This document shows positions 25,748-34,221 of a DNA stretch of 64,000 nucleotides, piece by piece. The stretch's first letter is position 1. The number at the start of each line of letters is the position of its first letter. Where the stretch lies: the NCBI GenBank assembly GCA_031549535.1, contig JAVBPP010000024.1, forward strand, positions 10,180 through 74,179, written 5' to 3'. The notes beneath the pieces are model-generated. The model was not told the DNA's origin, ran no database searches, and saw only the letters and a list, made by a program, of their open reading frames with translations. A program made the translations under genes and the position numbers. The stretch is from Oscillospiraceae bacterium (GTDB lineage Bacteria > Bacillota > Clostridia > Oscillospirales > Acutalibacteraceae).

Positions 25748-27573
25748 GAGGTCGCCCCCTCTGCTTTATTTTTTTGATAATAGTGGCTTTGGATGCCGAA
25801 CATTTCTGCATACTTTCCCTTCAGCGCCATCAGTTCTTCGTGCGTGCCGGTTTCGGCAATCGTTGCGCCGTCTAAAAAGATGATACGGTCACAAAACTTG
25901 GTAGACGATAGGCGGTGGGAGATATAAAGCGTGGTTTTATTTGCGGTCAGCTCGTTGTAGTTGAGATACAGCTGATTCTCCGCAATGGGGTCAAGCGAGG
26001 CGGTGGGTTCGTCCAGAATCATCATGGGTGCATCCTTGTAAATAGCTCGTGCCAAAATCAAGCGCTGCAGCTCTCCGCCGGAAAGCTCCACGCCGTCCTC
26101 CACCACATTTTTAACCAGCTCACTGTCCAGACCCTTGGGCAGTGAGCGAATTTTTTCCGTCAGACTGGCAAGGTCCAGGCATTTCAACACCTTCTCGGTG
26201 TTCATGTCCTCATCGCTTAGGGCAATGTTTTTCGCGATGCTCGCGGGCAGATAGCAGATATCCTGAAAAATCGCTGAAAATAGTGTGTAGTATGCGTCAC
26301 GGTTAAAACACCTGATGTCCGTGCCGTTTAACAGAATTTCGCCCTCGCTTGGGGCAATCAACCCACAAATAAGTTTCACAAGCGTGGTTTTGCCCGCACC
26401 GTTTTCACCCACAACCGCGATTTTTTCGCCCGGTTGAATCTCCAGGGTAACACCGTGCAAAACCGCTTTTTCGCCGCCTTCATAGCTGTATCCAACGTTA
26501 CGCAAAGAAAGCGCGGGGGGCGCAGCGCAATCCGGCAAGGGGAGACCTCCGCTGCGCAGCCGCTCGTCCGGGATATCCATAAAGGCGCGGTAATGGTTCA
26601 TGCTGCGGTTGGAGTCCAAAAACATTTCCACGTAGTTTGCGAGCTTTTCGAGCCATTCGGCAAAGCCGGTAATGGCGGCAAAATAGGCGGTAAAAGCCGC
26701 AATGGATAAGGCGCTGCCCGGCCGGAGCATGAGGTAAATCAAGTAGCCGTAGGCAAAGCCGTTGCGCAGAAATACCAAGAAAAGTTCAATGCCGCTTTGC
26801 AGAGAACGGTCATTTGAGTTTTTGTTTTCAATGTGCATATAGTCCAGAACGCTTTTTTTCGAAAGCGCCCGCAGCCAGTCACTCATGCGATAGATTTTGA
26901 TGTCCTTGGCAATGGAGAGGTCTCGTGTGCGAAAGGCAAGGTAGTCGATTTTCATGCGCAGCCTACCCCATTCGTCCCGCCGCCCATCAACCCGTTTATC
27001 AATCCAGATGCCCAGCGCGATATCTATAACGTAAGAAACCGCCAGAATCAGAATAATCCAGGGATTCAAGGCAATTAAAACGGCCAAAAACGCTGTAAAG
27101 CCAAATAAATTCTGCGCAAGACCGAACGCATTTTGCAAAAAAGAAAACACAGAGCGGTCATTCCAGAGAGAGCCGAACGCCTTTTGGTGTTTCACTCTGC
27201 CCTCCGGTGAGCAAAACAGCTCATAATCCATATCCATCACTTTTTCAAGCAAACTGCGCTCATAGTAGTTATGCAGCACCAAGTCGCGTTCTGTGTTGCT
27301 GCGAATGGAAAGGACAAGGCTGCAACATTTGACAACAGCCAGAAAAAGCCCGGCTGCCGCAACCGTTCCCATCAGCGGCAGCGGGGCAAATTTTTGCTCA
27401 ATGGTGTAAATGACAATAGAAGGCAAAAAGGCCGCCAACGCCGCCACGGCAAGGTCGGACGGAATTTGCAAAGCAGGCAGCAGTATGCTGCTCCTGCTGG
27501 TCTGCCAGTTTACCCGGGCGGCAAAGCGCAGGTTATCCCAAATGCTGTGGGCTTTTGCGTCACCTTTTTTCAA
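25744..27573 (-). CDS. ABC exporter fused permease/ATPase subunit (heterodimer partner)
   Basis: Walker A GENGAGKTT, signature LSGGELQR and Walker B MMILDEPT. A 4-nt overlap with the downstream partner suggests translational coupling. Confidence 0.9.
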   Translation of the reverse strand: MKKGDAKAHSIWDNLRFAARVNWQTSRSSILLPALQIPSDLAVAALAAFLPSIVIYTIEQKFAPLPLMGTVAAAGLFLAVVKCCSLVLSIRSNTERDLVLHNYYERSLLEKVMDMDYELFCSPEGRVKHQKAFGSLWNDRSVFSFLQNAFGLAQNLFGFTAFLAVLIALNPWIILILAVSYVIDIALGIWIDKRVDGRRDEWGRLRMKIDYLAFRTRDLSIAKDIKIYRMSDWLRALSKKSVLDYMHIENKNSNDRSLQSGIELFLVFLRNGFAYGYLIYLMLRPGSALSIAAFTAYFAAITGFAEWLEKLANYVEMFLDSNRSMNHYRAFMDIPDERLRSGGLPLPDCAAPPALSLRNVGYSYEGGEKAVLHGVTLEIQPGEKIAVVGENGAGKTTLVKLICGLIAPSEGEILLNGTDIRCFNRDAYYTLFSAIFQDICYLPASIAKNIALSDEDMNTEKVLKCLDLASLTEKIRSLPKGLDSELVKNVVEDGVELSGGELQRLILARAIYKDAPMMILDEPTASLDPIAENQLYLNYNELTANKTTLYISHRLSSTKFCDRIIFLDGATIAETGTHEELMALKGKYAEMFGIQSHYYQKNKAEGATS

Positions 27574-27601
27574 CGGAAATTTCCTCCTTTGCCGCGGAAT
27601 C

Positions 27602-29203
27602 TTAGTGCGTCGTCTCTTCCTCGTTCTCGTTCTTTTGTTCCGGCTCCTCCTGCATGCGCTGCAAAACGGCGCGGCGCTCCGCGAGAGCCAGTTCCGTGCG
27701 TTCCCGATCCTCCGGTTTCCATTTCACAAAGCTGCGGCAAAAGATATAAATGAAATTATCCAGCACGGGAATCAGCGTATACATCGGCCAAATCCATTTC
27801 AGATAGCGTTCCGGCGGACGTGTGCCGTCGGCAGTGTAGCCGCCGCGGTAGCCGGTCCAGGATAAAAAGGCATTGCCGGTCACAAGGCCGATGTTGTTCC
27901 GGATGGTTTTTGCAAAAAGACCGTCCACTGCGGCGGTAATGCCCTCGCTGCGTTCGCCCGTCTGCAGCTCCACATAGTCATAAAACTCATAGTTCAGCAT
28001 ATCTTCCGCCACGCCGTCCCAGTTGGTGGAGGCGTTGATGGCGGTCTCGGCTAAAATCATCACCGCCAGCTTCGGCACACTGTTATATCCCACGAGGAAT
28101 TGTAAAAATTTGCCGCCGGCGTCAATCAGGCTTTTGATTTGCTGCGCCCGCAGCGGGCCGCCCAGCTTGTTGATAATTTGCCGGTTAAAGGGCTGCATAA
28201 TGGAGGAAGGGAAGCCGGATATCATCTGCTTAATCAGCAAAACACCCTCGCCGGACATTTGCTTGCCGAACACGTTGAGTTTGGGCACCAAATAACGATA
28301 CACCAGCAGCTCGTCGCCCACATTCGGTGAAAACACCTCAATAAAGCGGGCAATGGAGTTGAAGATAAAATAGCGGTTATGCCGAATGATAGGAACCGTG
28401 TCTCGCAGGCGGCGTTTCACCTCCTCCGGATTCGGGCGGTCTTCGCCGTCCTGCACCGGGGCCGGAGCTGAATAGTCAACACGCTGTTTAACAAAGGTTG
28501 GCAAAACAGAAGAGGCAATGGCAAAGGGTAACAGCAACGACGCGCCCATGAAAATAATTTGATAATCCGTCAGGCCGAACACCTCGCGAAAGCCCATGAG
28601 CAGGGTTGGCAAATTAGCAATCGCCCAAACAAGCTGGCCGCCCATATTGCTCCATATCCGCACACGGCTGCGCTGCTGTGTCAGCGGGCTGATGCCCGAG
28701 CGGATTTTCTGCCCCGCAACGCCGTCCAGTGTGCCGATAATATCCTGGCTCATGTTACAGAACATGAGCAGCGCAACATGTCCCCAGGGGGAAAGGCCGC
28801 CGTCTACCATTTTTACGATGTTCAGGGTGTGGCCGGTGAAGGCGGAAATGCGCATAATGGTTTTTAGTGCATGAGCACCAAACCGTTTTTTATCCATCCA
28901 CGCGCCGAGGATGGGGTCGTTTATCGCGTCCCAGAGGGAGGAAACCACACCTGCGACGGAGAGGTAGTTGGGCGGCACGCGGTACACTTCTTTATACAGA
29001 AAATCCCGTCTGTCCGTATAGCCGCGGGACATGCCGCCGAACGCCGACGAAACAGCGTGAAGCAGCAGCTCCCAAGGCGTGACATGCTCCGCGGGAATCC
29101 CGTCGCCTTTCAGCCATTTTACGGGATGCTGCAGCCCGGTGCGTGTATTGCTCAGAGTTTGCGCGGGAAGAAATCTGCCGAGAAAGCGGAATAACCAGTC
29201 CAT
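27602..29203 (-). CDS. MFS transporter, glycoside-pentoside-hexuronide (GPH/MFS_2)-like
   Basis: DAINDPILGAWMD motif and a later LQTGERSEG motif resemble the GPH family. Multiple hydrophobic segments. First gene of an operon with the ABC pair. Confidence 0.6.
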   Translation of the reverse strand: MDWLFRFLGRFLPAQTLSNTRTGLQHPVKWLKGDGIPAEHVTPWELLLHAVSSAFGGMSRGYTDRRDFLYKEVYRVPPNYLSVAGVVSSLWDAINDPILGAWMDKKRFGAHALKTIMRISAFTGHTLNIVKMVDGGLSPWGHVALLMFCNMSQDIIGTLDGVAGQKIRSGISPLTQQRSRVRIWSNMGGQLVWAIANLPTLLMGFREVFGLTDYQIIFMGASLLLPFAIASSVLPTFVKQRVDYSAPAPVQDGEDRPNPEEVKRRLRDTVPIIRHNRYFIFNSIARFIEVFSPNVGDELLVYRYLVPKLNVFGKQMSGEGVLLIKQMISGFPSSIMQPFNRQIINKLGGPLRAQQIKSLIDAGGKFLQFLVGYNSVPKLAVMILAETAINASTNWDGVAEDMLNYEFYDYVELQTGERSEGITAAVDGLFAKTIRNNIGLVTGNAFLSWTGYRGGYTADGTRPPERYLKWIWPMYTLIPVLDNFIYIFCRSFVKWKPEDRERTELALAERRAVLQRMQEEPEQKNENEEETTH

Positions 29204-29261
29204 AGCGTATGACTCCTTATGTTTTTTGTTATGTAATTGGTTTTAATTTGTAGAAAAGTTC

Positions 29262-29289
29262 CAAACATGACACACAGCTGTCATGTTTG
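29262..29289. promoter_or_regulatory. perfect 11-bp inverted repeat in a divergent promoter region (possible operator)
   Basis: CAAACATGACA (29262-29272), a 6-nt spacer, then TGTCATGTTTG (29279-29289). Lies between the divergent genes starting at 29203 (-) and 29338 (+). Confidence 0.35.
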
Positions 29290-29337
29290 ATGTTTTATCG
29301 TTTTAGAAAACAAAAACAACATTTGGAGGGGTACCTA

Positions 29338-29892
29338 ATGCGTAAAATATTATTAACATCCTCTGGGTTCGAGAACCAAAGAATTATGAACGTGTTTCAT
29401 AGCCTGCTTGAAAAAAAACCTAACGAAGCGAAAGCCTTGTTTATTCCGACAGCCGCGATACATGCGGATGCGATAGCTGTGCTTCCAAAATGTATGAACG
29501 ATTTACGCAGCGCCGGAATCCTGGCCGAAAACATCGTGGTTTTCGACTTGCATCGGCCTATGACATACGAAGAATTGTGTACGTATGATGTGGTTTATGT
29601 AACCGGGGGAGATTCCAGATATTTATTGAAACGGATCAACGACACCTTCTTCCATGAATCACTGACACAATTTGTCGAACAGCGAGGTGTTTATGTGGGA
29701 GTCAGTGCCGGAAGCTGTATTGCCGCACAAAATCTGCCGGAGGGGTTACAGTTTATCCATTGTACCTTGGATGTGCATATGCAAATTGGAACAAAAGGCG
29801 GTCTGATTGACACATCGAAATGTCCGCATATCAATTTAACGGGCAATAACGCAATTGTAATTCGCGGTGAGCGGTATGAGGTTGTAGAATAA
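29338..29892 (+). CDS. peptidase S51 (dipeptidase E-like) family protein
   Basis: Track ORF starts at 29287. The ATG at 29338 follows a GGAGGGG RBS. The nucleophile motif GVSAGS is present. The gene is visibly lower in GC than its neighbours. Confidence 0.7.
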   Translation: MRKILLTSSGFENQRIMNVFHSLLEKKPNEAKALFIPTAAIHADAIAVLPKCMNDLRSAGILAENIVVFDLHRPMTYEELCTYDVVYVTGGDSRYLLKRINDTFFHESLTQFVEQRGVYVGVSAGSCIAAQNLPEGLQFIHCTLDVHMQIGTKGGLIDTSKCPHINLTGNNAIVIRGERYEVVE

Positions 29893-29898
29893 CACGTG

Positions 29899-30912
29899 TC
29901 ATGTCTCCTGTGCCTCACTCACCACGCGCTGCGCCAACAGGCGCAATGCCTCCGGTGTCGAGAGCGCCCCGATTTCCTGCCTGTATTTCGCCGCGCCGCG
30001 CACTCCCTTGATGTACCAAGCCGCGTGTTTCCGCGCCTGCCGCATGCCAATTTTTTCGCCCTTATAGGCGCACAGTGTGCGAATATGCCGCAGCATGATT
30101 TCCATGCGCTCCTCGAGCGGCGGTTCGGGCAACAGGGTGCCGTCCTGTAAATAGGCATTGATCTGCGCGAAAACCCAGGGTCTGCCCAAGGCCCCTCTGC
30201 CCACCATAACCAGGTCGCAGCCGGTTTCTTCCAGCATCCTCTTCGCGCCGGGGCCGTCCGTAATATCGCCGTTGGCAATGACGGGAATGTGCAGCGCCTG
30301 CTTCACCAGGCGAATTTGCTCCGTGTCAACCGGCGGGGCATACATTTGCATGCGCGTTCTGCCGTGCACGGTGACGGCGGCAACGCCCGCGTCCTCACAG
30401 CGTTTGGCAAGCTCCACGGCGTTCCGGTTCTCCCCGTCCCAGCCGGTGCGCATTTTAACGGTCACAGGCAGGGGCACACTGTTTACACAGGCCTTTGCAA
30501 TGGCGGCAGCGAGCTCCGGCCGCCTCATCAATGCGCTCCCCCCGCCGTTCCCGGCAATTTTCGGGGCAGGGCAGCCCATATTGATGTCGATGATATCCGG
30601 CTCATACGCCATGGCCTGCTTTGCGGCGGCGGCTAAGATGTCCGGGTCGTCCCCAAACAGCTGCACCGCCGCGGGGCGTTCCTCCGGCGTGAGGGTGAGC
30701 AGCTCCTTGGTTTTGCGGCTGTTTAGGCTGATACCCTTTGCGCTGGCCATTTCACCCACCACATAACCCGCGCCGAAGGAGCGGCAAAGCTCTCGAAACG
30801 CGCGGTCCGCAACGCCCGCCATCGGGGCAAGCGCAGCTGGGGCGCTAACTGTTACATTCCCAATTTGCAAATAAACGACCTCCAAACCCATATGGTAACC
30901 ATTATAACGCAT
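29899..30912 (-). CDS. dusB: tRNA dihydrouridine synthase
   Basis: LAPMAGVADRAFR, INMGCP and HGRTR motifs. The start could instead be the ATG at 30891. Confidence 0.9.
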   Translation of the reverse strand: MRYNGYHMGLEVVYLQIGNVTVSAPAALAPMAGVADRAFRELCRSFGAGYVVGEMASAKGISLNSRKTKELLTLTPEERPAAVQLFGDDPDILAAAAKQAMAYEPDIIDINMGCPAPKIAGNGGGSALMRRPELAAAIAKACVNSVPLPVTVKMRTGWDGENRNAVELAKRCEDAGVAAVTVHGRTRMQMYAPPVDTEQIRLVKQALHIPVIANGDITDGPGAKRMLEETGCDLVMVGRGALGRPWVFAQINAYLQDGTLLPEPPLEERMEIMLRHIRTLCAYKGEKIGMRQARKHAAWYIKGVRGAAKYRQEIGALSTPEALRLLAQRVVSEAQET

Positions 30913-31031
30913 ATTGCGGATTCGTCAATTGGATTCCTCCTCCAATTTGACTTTCGCCGCCCTGTGGAGTACAATATAAACTACCCGTCACAGGGTTTGG
31001 CGGGCAAACTGATGGAAAGCCAGGAACAACA

Positions 31032-31820
31032 ATGGCCGAAATAAAATTAATGACAGGCGAACAAAATGATATGCGGCTGGCTGTGTTGATTGACGCAGAC
31101 AATGTCTCCCACAAATATGTGCGTTTGATGATGGAGGAGGTCGCCCGCTATGGCAAGCCCACCATAAAGCGTATTTACGGGGACTGGACACGCCCGGAGG
31201 CAAACAGCTGGAAAAAAGGTCTTTTAGAAAACGCCATTATTCCGATTCAGCAATACAGCTACACCAGCGGCAAAAACGCAACGGACTCCGCCATGATAAT
31301 TGATGCAATGGACGTGCTTTACTCGGACAAGGTGGATGGCTTTTGCATTGCGTCCAGCGACAGTGATTTCACCCGCCTTGCCACCCGCCTGCGCGAGGCG
31401 GGCATGGTGGTCATCGGCATTGGCGAAAAGAAAACGCCGGAGCCCTTTATCGTGGCCTGTGACCGCTTTATTTATCTGGAAATTCTGGGGCAGGCACAGG
31501 AGAGTGCACAGGAAAACAACAACAAGAAGAACGGTTCTGAAAAGCCGAAGCAGCATAATAAGATTCCGCCGCAGATACTTAAACTCATTGTTGATTCCGT
31601 GAACGACGTTGCGGATGATGACGGCTGGGCATTTTTGGGCGACGTGGGGAATATAATCCTGCGTAAGCAACCTTCCTTTGACTCCCGCAGCTACGGCTAC
31701 CACAAGCTGACCGCTCTGATAACCACGCTGGAACGCTTTGAAATGCAGCAGCGCGATACGACGAGCCGCGGCGTAAAACATATTTATATTCGGGATAAGG
31801 AGGGCGACAATGGCAAGTAA
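31032..31820 (+). CDS. NYN (LabA/DUF88-like) nuclease-fold domain protein with a C-terminal OST-HTH/LOTUS domain
   Basis: LAVLIDADN ... GKNATDSAMIIDAMD ... IASSDSDFTRLA matches the acidic-residue pattern of NYN/LabA. The C-terminal ~70 aa resemble OST-HTH. Confidence 0.8.
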   Translation: MAEIKLMTGEQNDMRLAVLIDADNVSHKYVRLMMEEVARYGKPTIKRIYGDWTRPEANSWKKGLLENAIIPIQQYSYTSGKNATDSAMIIDAMDVLYSDKVDGFCIASSDSDFTRLATRLREAGMVVIGIGEKKTPEPFIVACDRFIYLEILGQAQESAQENNNKKNGSEKPKQHNKIPPQILKLIVDSVNDVADDDGWAFLGDVGNIILRKQPSFDSRSYGYHKLTALITTLERFEMQQRDTTSRGVKHIYIRDKEGDNGK

Positions 31821-32499
31821 TACGACAAAAAAAGGGTTTTTGGAACGCATATACGGGATGCAGGAGCTGAACAAAGCCCTGTTGACTCTTGCGTTCAGCT
31901 TTGCCTTTTGCTTTATGTTTCTTTTGGATTATTCTGTGCCCGGCATGAGTATTTTCTACCGCTATTCCACCACCAGCATCATTGGCATGGAGCACCCATA
32001 CCTGTTTATCATTTACATTGCGCTCATTGGCCTAAGCCTGTTTTTCAACCTGGGTTACGCCCGCAGGCGCTACCAGTGCACAAGCAAGCTTGTTACCGCG
32101 CTGCAATATATTGGCCTGGCGGGGATTATTTTGGTTGTGTTGGTTGAAACGGATTTGGATAGGGGTCCGCGTTTTTATATTCATTTAGCCGCGGCCATTG
32201 TCTATGCGGTGGGGAATGCCTTTAGCCTGATTCTTCTCATCGCCTTTTCTAAGCGCCGTTACCCGCGCATGAAGCCGGTTTTTATAGGCGGCGTTGTGTT
32301 TGCCCTTGCCGCCATTACGGGCTTTTTGATTCACCTGTGCGGCTTTATGGAAACCGCGCCCATGCTTATCGCCATGGCGGTTTTGTATCTGCTCAACTAT
32401 ACGGATGTGTTTCTCGCAAAACCACAGACGGAATCCATTGTGCACAGCGCAAACGCAAACGCAAGCGCAACCGAAAAAGAGAAGCTGCAAACAAAATGA
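31810..32499 (+). CDS. polytopic membrane protein, function unknown
   Basis: Its ATG overlaps the upstream stop by 11 nt. About 5-6 hydrophobic helices. No named motif. Confidence 0.55.
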   Translation: MASNTTKKGFLERIYGMQELNKALLTLAFSFAFCFMFLLDYSVPGMSIFYRYSTTSIIGMEHPYLFIIYIALIGLSLFFNLGYARRRYQCTSKLVTALQYIGLAGIILVVLVETDLDRGPRFYIHLAAAIVYAVGNAFSLILLIAFSKRRYPRMKPVFIGGVVFALAAITGFLIHLCGFMETAPMLIAMAVLYLLNYTDVFLAKPQTESIVHSANANASATEKEKLQTK

Positions 32500-32570
32500 C
32501 GCTTGTTTGCCTATTATAATATTTTTTATCCTCATTGTTTGCCAAAACTTGGGGGAGAAAGAGGTTTGTT

Positions 32571-33293
32571 ATGGCGGCGCTTCGCGAACTGTGGTTTCGC
32601 GCAATAGAATCTTACACCTTCCACATCAGTTTAGACACCATGGTAAAGTTGGGGATGGCGGCTATTTTGGGCGGCTTTATCGGCTTTGAGCGGGAACATT
32701 CTCACCGCCCGGCCGGCTTTCGCACACATATTTTGGTGGCGGTCGGCTCCGCGCTCGTGATGGCGATTTCGTATTATATTTACGACTCCTTTGATGGCTT
32801 GGGCAATTTTGACCCCACACGCCTGGGTGCGCAGGTCATCAGCGGCATTGGATTTTTGGGCGCGGGCACCATTTTGCGCGAAGGCTTTTCGGTGAAGGGC
32901 TTGACCACGGCGGCGAGCCTGTGGGCGGTTTCGTGCATCGGCCTGGCTGTTGGTGCGGGCTTTTACCCGGGCGCAGTCATCGGCACGCTGGTTATTTTTG
33001 TTACGCTGAACATGTTGAAGAAGGTGTTTATCCGGGGAAATGCGGGCAAAACGCTATATATTGAGGCCGCGGATATCGCCAAGGTCGCGCCGGAAATCGG
33101 CAGCATCATCAAACGCTTCGGTGCCAACCTGCACTCGCTGGAAATTATGTATGCAGACGATGATAACAGACGCAAAAAAGGCGATTCCGTTGTATTGAAG
33201 GCGCTGATTTATCTGAAAAAAGAAAATTCCCTGGAAATGATTCAAGAAAGCATTCGGGATTTGGACGGTATTTTAGACTTATATGTAGATTAA
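32571..33293 (+). CDS. MgtC/SapB family membrane protein
   Basis: Track ORF starts at 32535. The ATG at 32571 follows a GGAGAAAGAGG RBS. The GGFIGFEREH and GIGFLGAG motifs of the MgtC family are present. Confidence 0.85.
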   Translation: MAALRELWFRAIESYTFHISLDTMVKLGMAAILGGFIGFEREHSHRPAGFRTHILVAVGSALVMAISYYIYDSFDGLGNFDPTRLGAQVISGIGFLGAGTILREGFSVKGLTTAASLWAVSCIGLAVGAGFYPGAVIGTLVIFVTLNMLKKVFIRGNAGKTLYIEAADIAKVAPEIGSIIKRFGANLHSLEIMYADDDNRRKKGDSVVLKALIYLKKENSLEMIQESIRDLDGILDLYVD

Positions 33294-33304
33294 GGACGAA
33301 AACA

Positions 33305-33919
33305 ATGAGCAACTTTTTTGCCATGATTTCCCGCATGAAGTGGATTACCCGTTGGTCGCTCATGCGTTCCTCCCAGCCGGAGAACCTCAGCGAGCACGCC
33401 ATGGAGGTTTCCTGCATCGCGCATGCGTTGGCTGTGATTCACAACCGGCGTTTCGGCGGGCGGGCAAACGCGGAGCGCTGCGCGCTGCTGGGGCTATACC
33501 ACGATGCACCCGAATGCCTGACAGGTGATTTGCCCACCCCTGTGAAGTATGCCAGCCCCGCGCTGCGCTGCGCTTATCAGACGGTGGAGGATAACGCCGT
33601 TGCACAGCTGCTCGCCATGCTGCCGGAGGATTTTCGTCCGGATTTTTCTCCCCTGCTGCAGCCAATCCAGGCGGACGAGCTGCTCTGGCGTTTTGTAAAG
33701 GCGGCAGATAAACTCTCTGCCCTGATTAAATGCATTTGTGAGCAGCAAAACGGCAACAAGGAGTTTTCCATCGCCGCGCAAAGCATTCGCGAGAGCATCA
33801 CCGCCCTGCAGCTGCCCGAGGCAGAGCTATTTCTGGAGGATTTTCTGCCGGGCTACGCCCTGACCTTGGATGAGATGCGGGAAACGGGAGCGCATGGATT
33901 GACTTCTTCTCAAATTTGA
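33305..33919 (+). CDS. yfbR: HD-domain 5'-deoxynucleotidase (YfbR-like)
   Basis: RWSLMRSSQPENLSEHAMEV ... LYHDAPECLTGDLPTP matches the YfbR HD motif pattern. Confidence 0.85.
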   Translation: MSNFFAMISRMKWITRWSLMRSSQPENLSEHAMEVSCIAHALAVIHNRRFGGRANAERCALLGLYHDAPECLTGDLPTPVKYASPALRCAYQTVEDNAVAQLLAMLPEDFRPDFSPLLQPIQADELLWRFVKAADKLSALIKCICEQQNGNKEFSIAAQSIRESITALQLPEAELFLEDFLPGYALTLDEMRETGAHGLTSSQI

Positions 33920-33927
33920 AAAAGGCC

Positions 33928-33956
33928 TTGCCTTTATATTGAAAATATAGTATACT
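33928..33956 (+). promoter_or_regulatory. sigma-70-like promoter of the SRP RNA gene
   Basis: TTGCCT (33928-33933), a 17-nt spacer, then TATACT (33951-33956). Confidence 0.4.
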
Positions 33957-33966
33957 CTTTTTATCT

Positions 33967-34100
33967 TTCGGATGATTTATGTGGCGTGTGGGTCCTGTGC
34001 GACGGGGCGCTGTGAACCATGTCAGGCGGGGAACCGAGCAGCATTAAACAGTCAGCACTGTGCGCCACAGTCTGCCTGCACGTCACATAAATCACCCGAA
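33967..34100 (+). ncRNA. ffs: signal recognition particle RNA (small bacterial SRP RNA)
   Basis: The terminal helix pairs 33967-33985 with 34082-34100. The conserved domain IV core is TGTCAGGCGGGGAACCGAGCAGC with a GGAA tetraloop. It sits in the classic Firmicutes position upstream of dnaX. Confidence 0.75.
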
Positions 34101-34116
34101 TTTTTTATTGGGGTAA

Positions 34117-34161
34117 CAGTTTGAAAAACAATGTTTTCAAACTGAAGTTTTGTGTTTTTTT
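34117..34161 (+). terminator. terminator after ffs
   Basis: An 11-bp stem (CAGTTTGAAAA 34117-34127 pairs with TTTTCAAACTG 34134-34144), then a T-rich run ending in TTTTTTT. Confidence 0.5.
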
Positions 34162-34221
34162 GTCAAAAGGCGGATAAAAAGCTTAAAACTTCTGCCGGCT
34201 TCTGAAAGGATAGTCATCACT

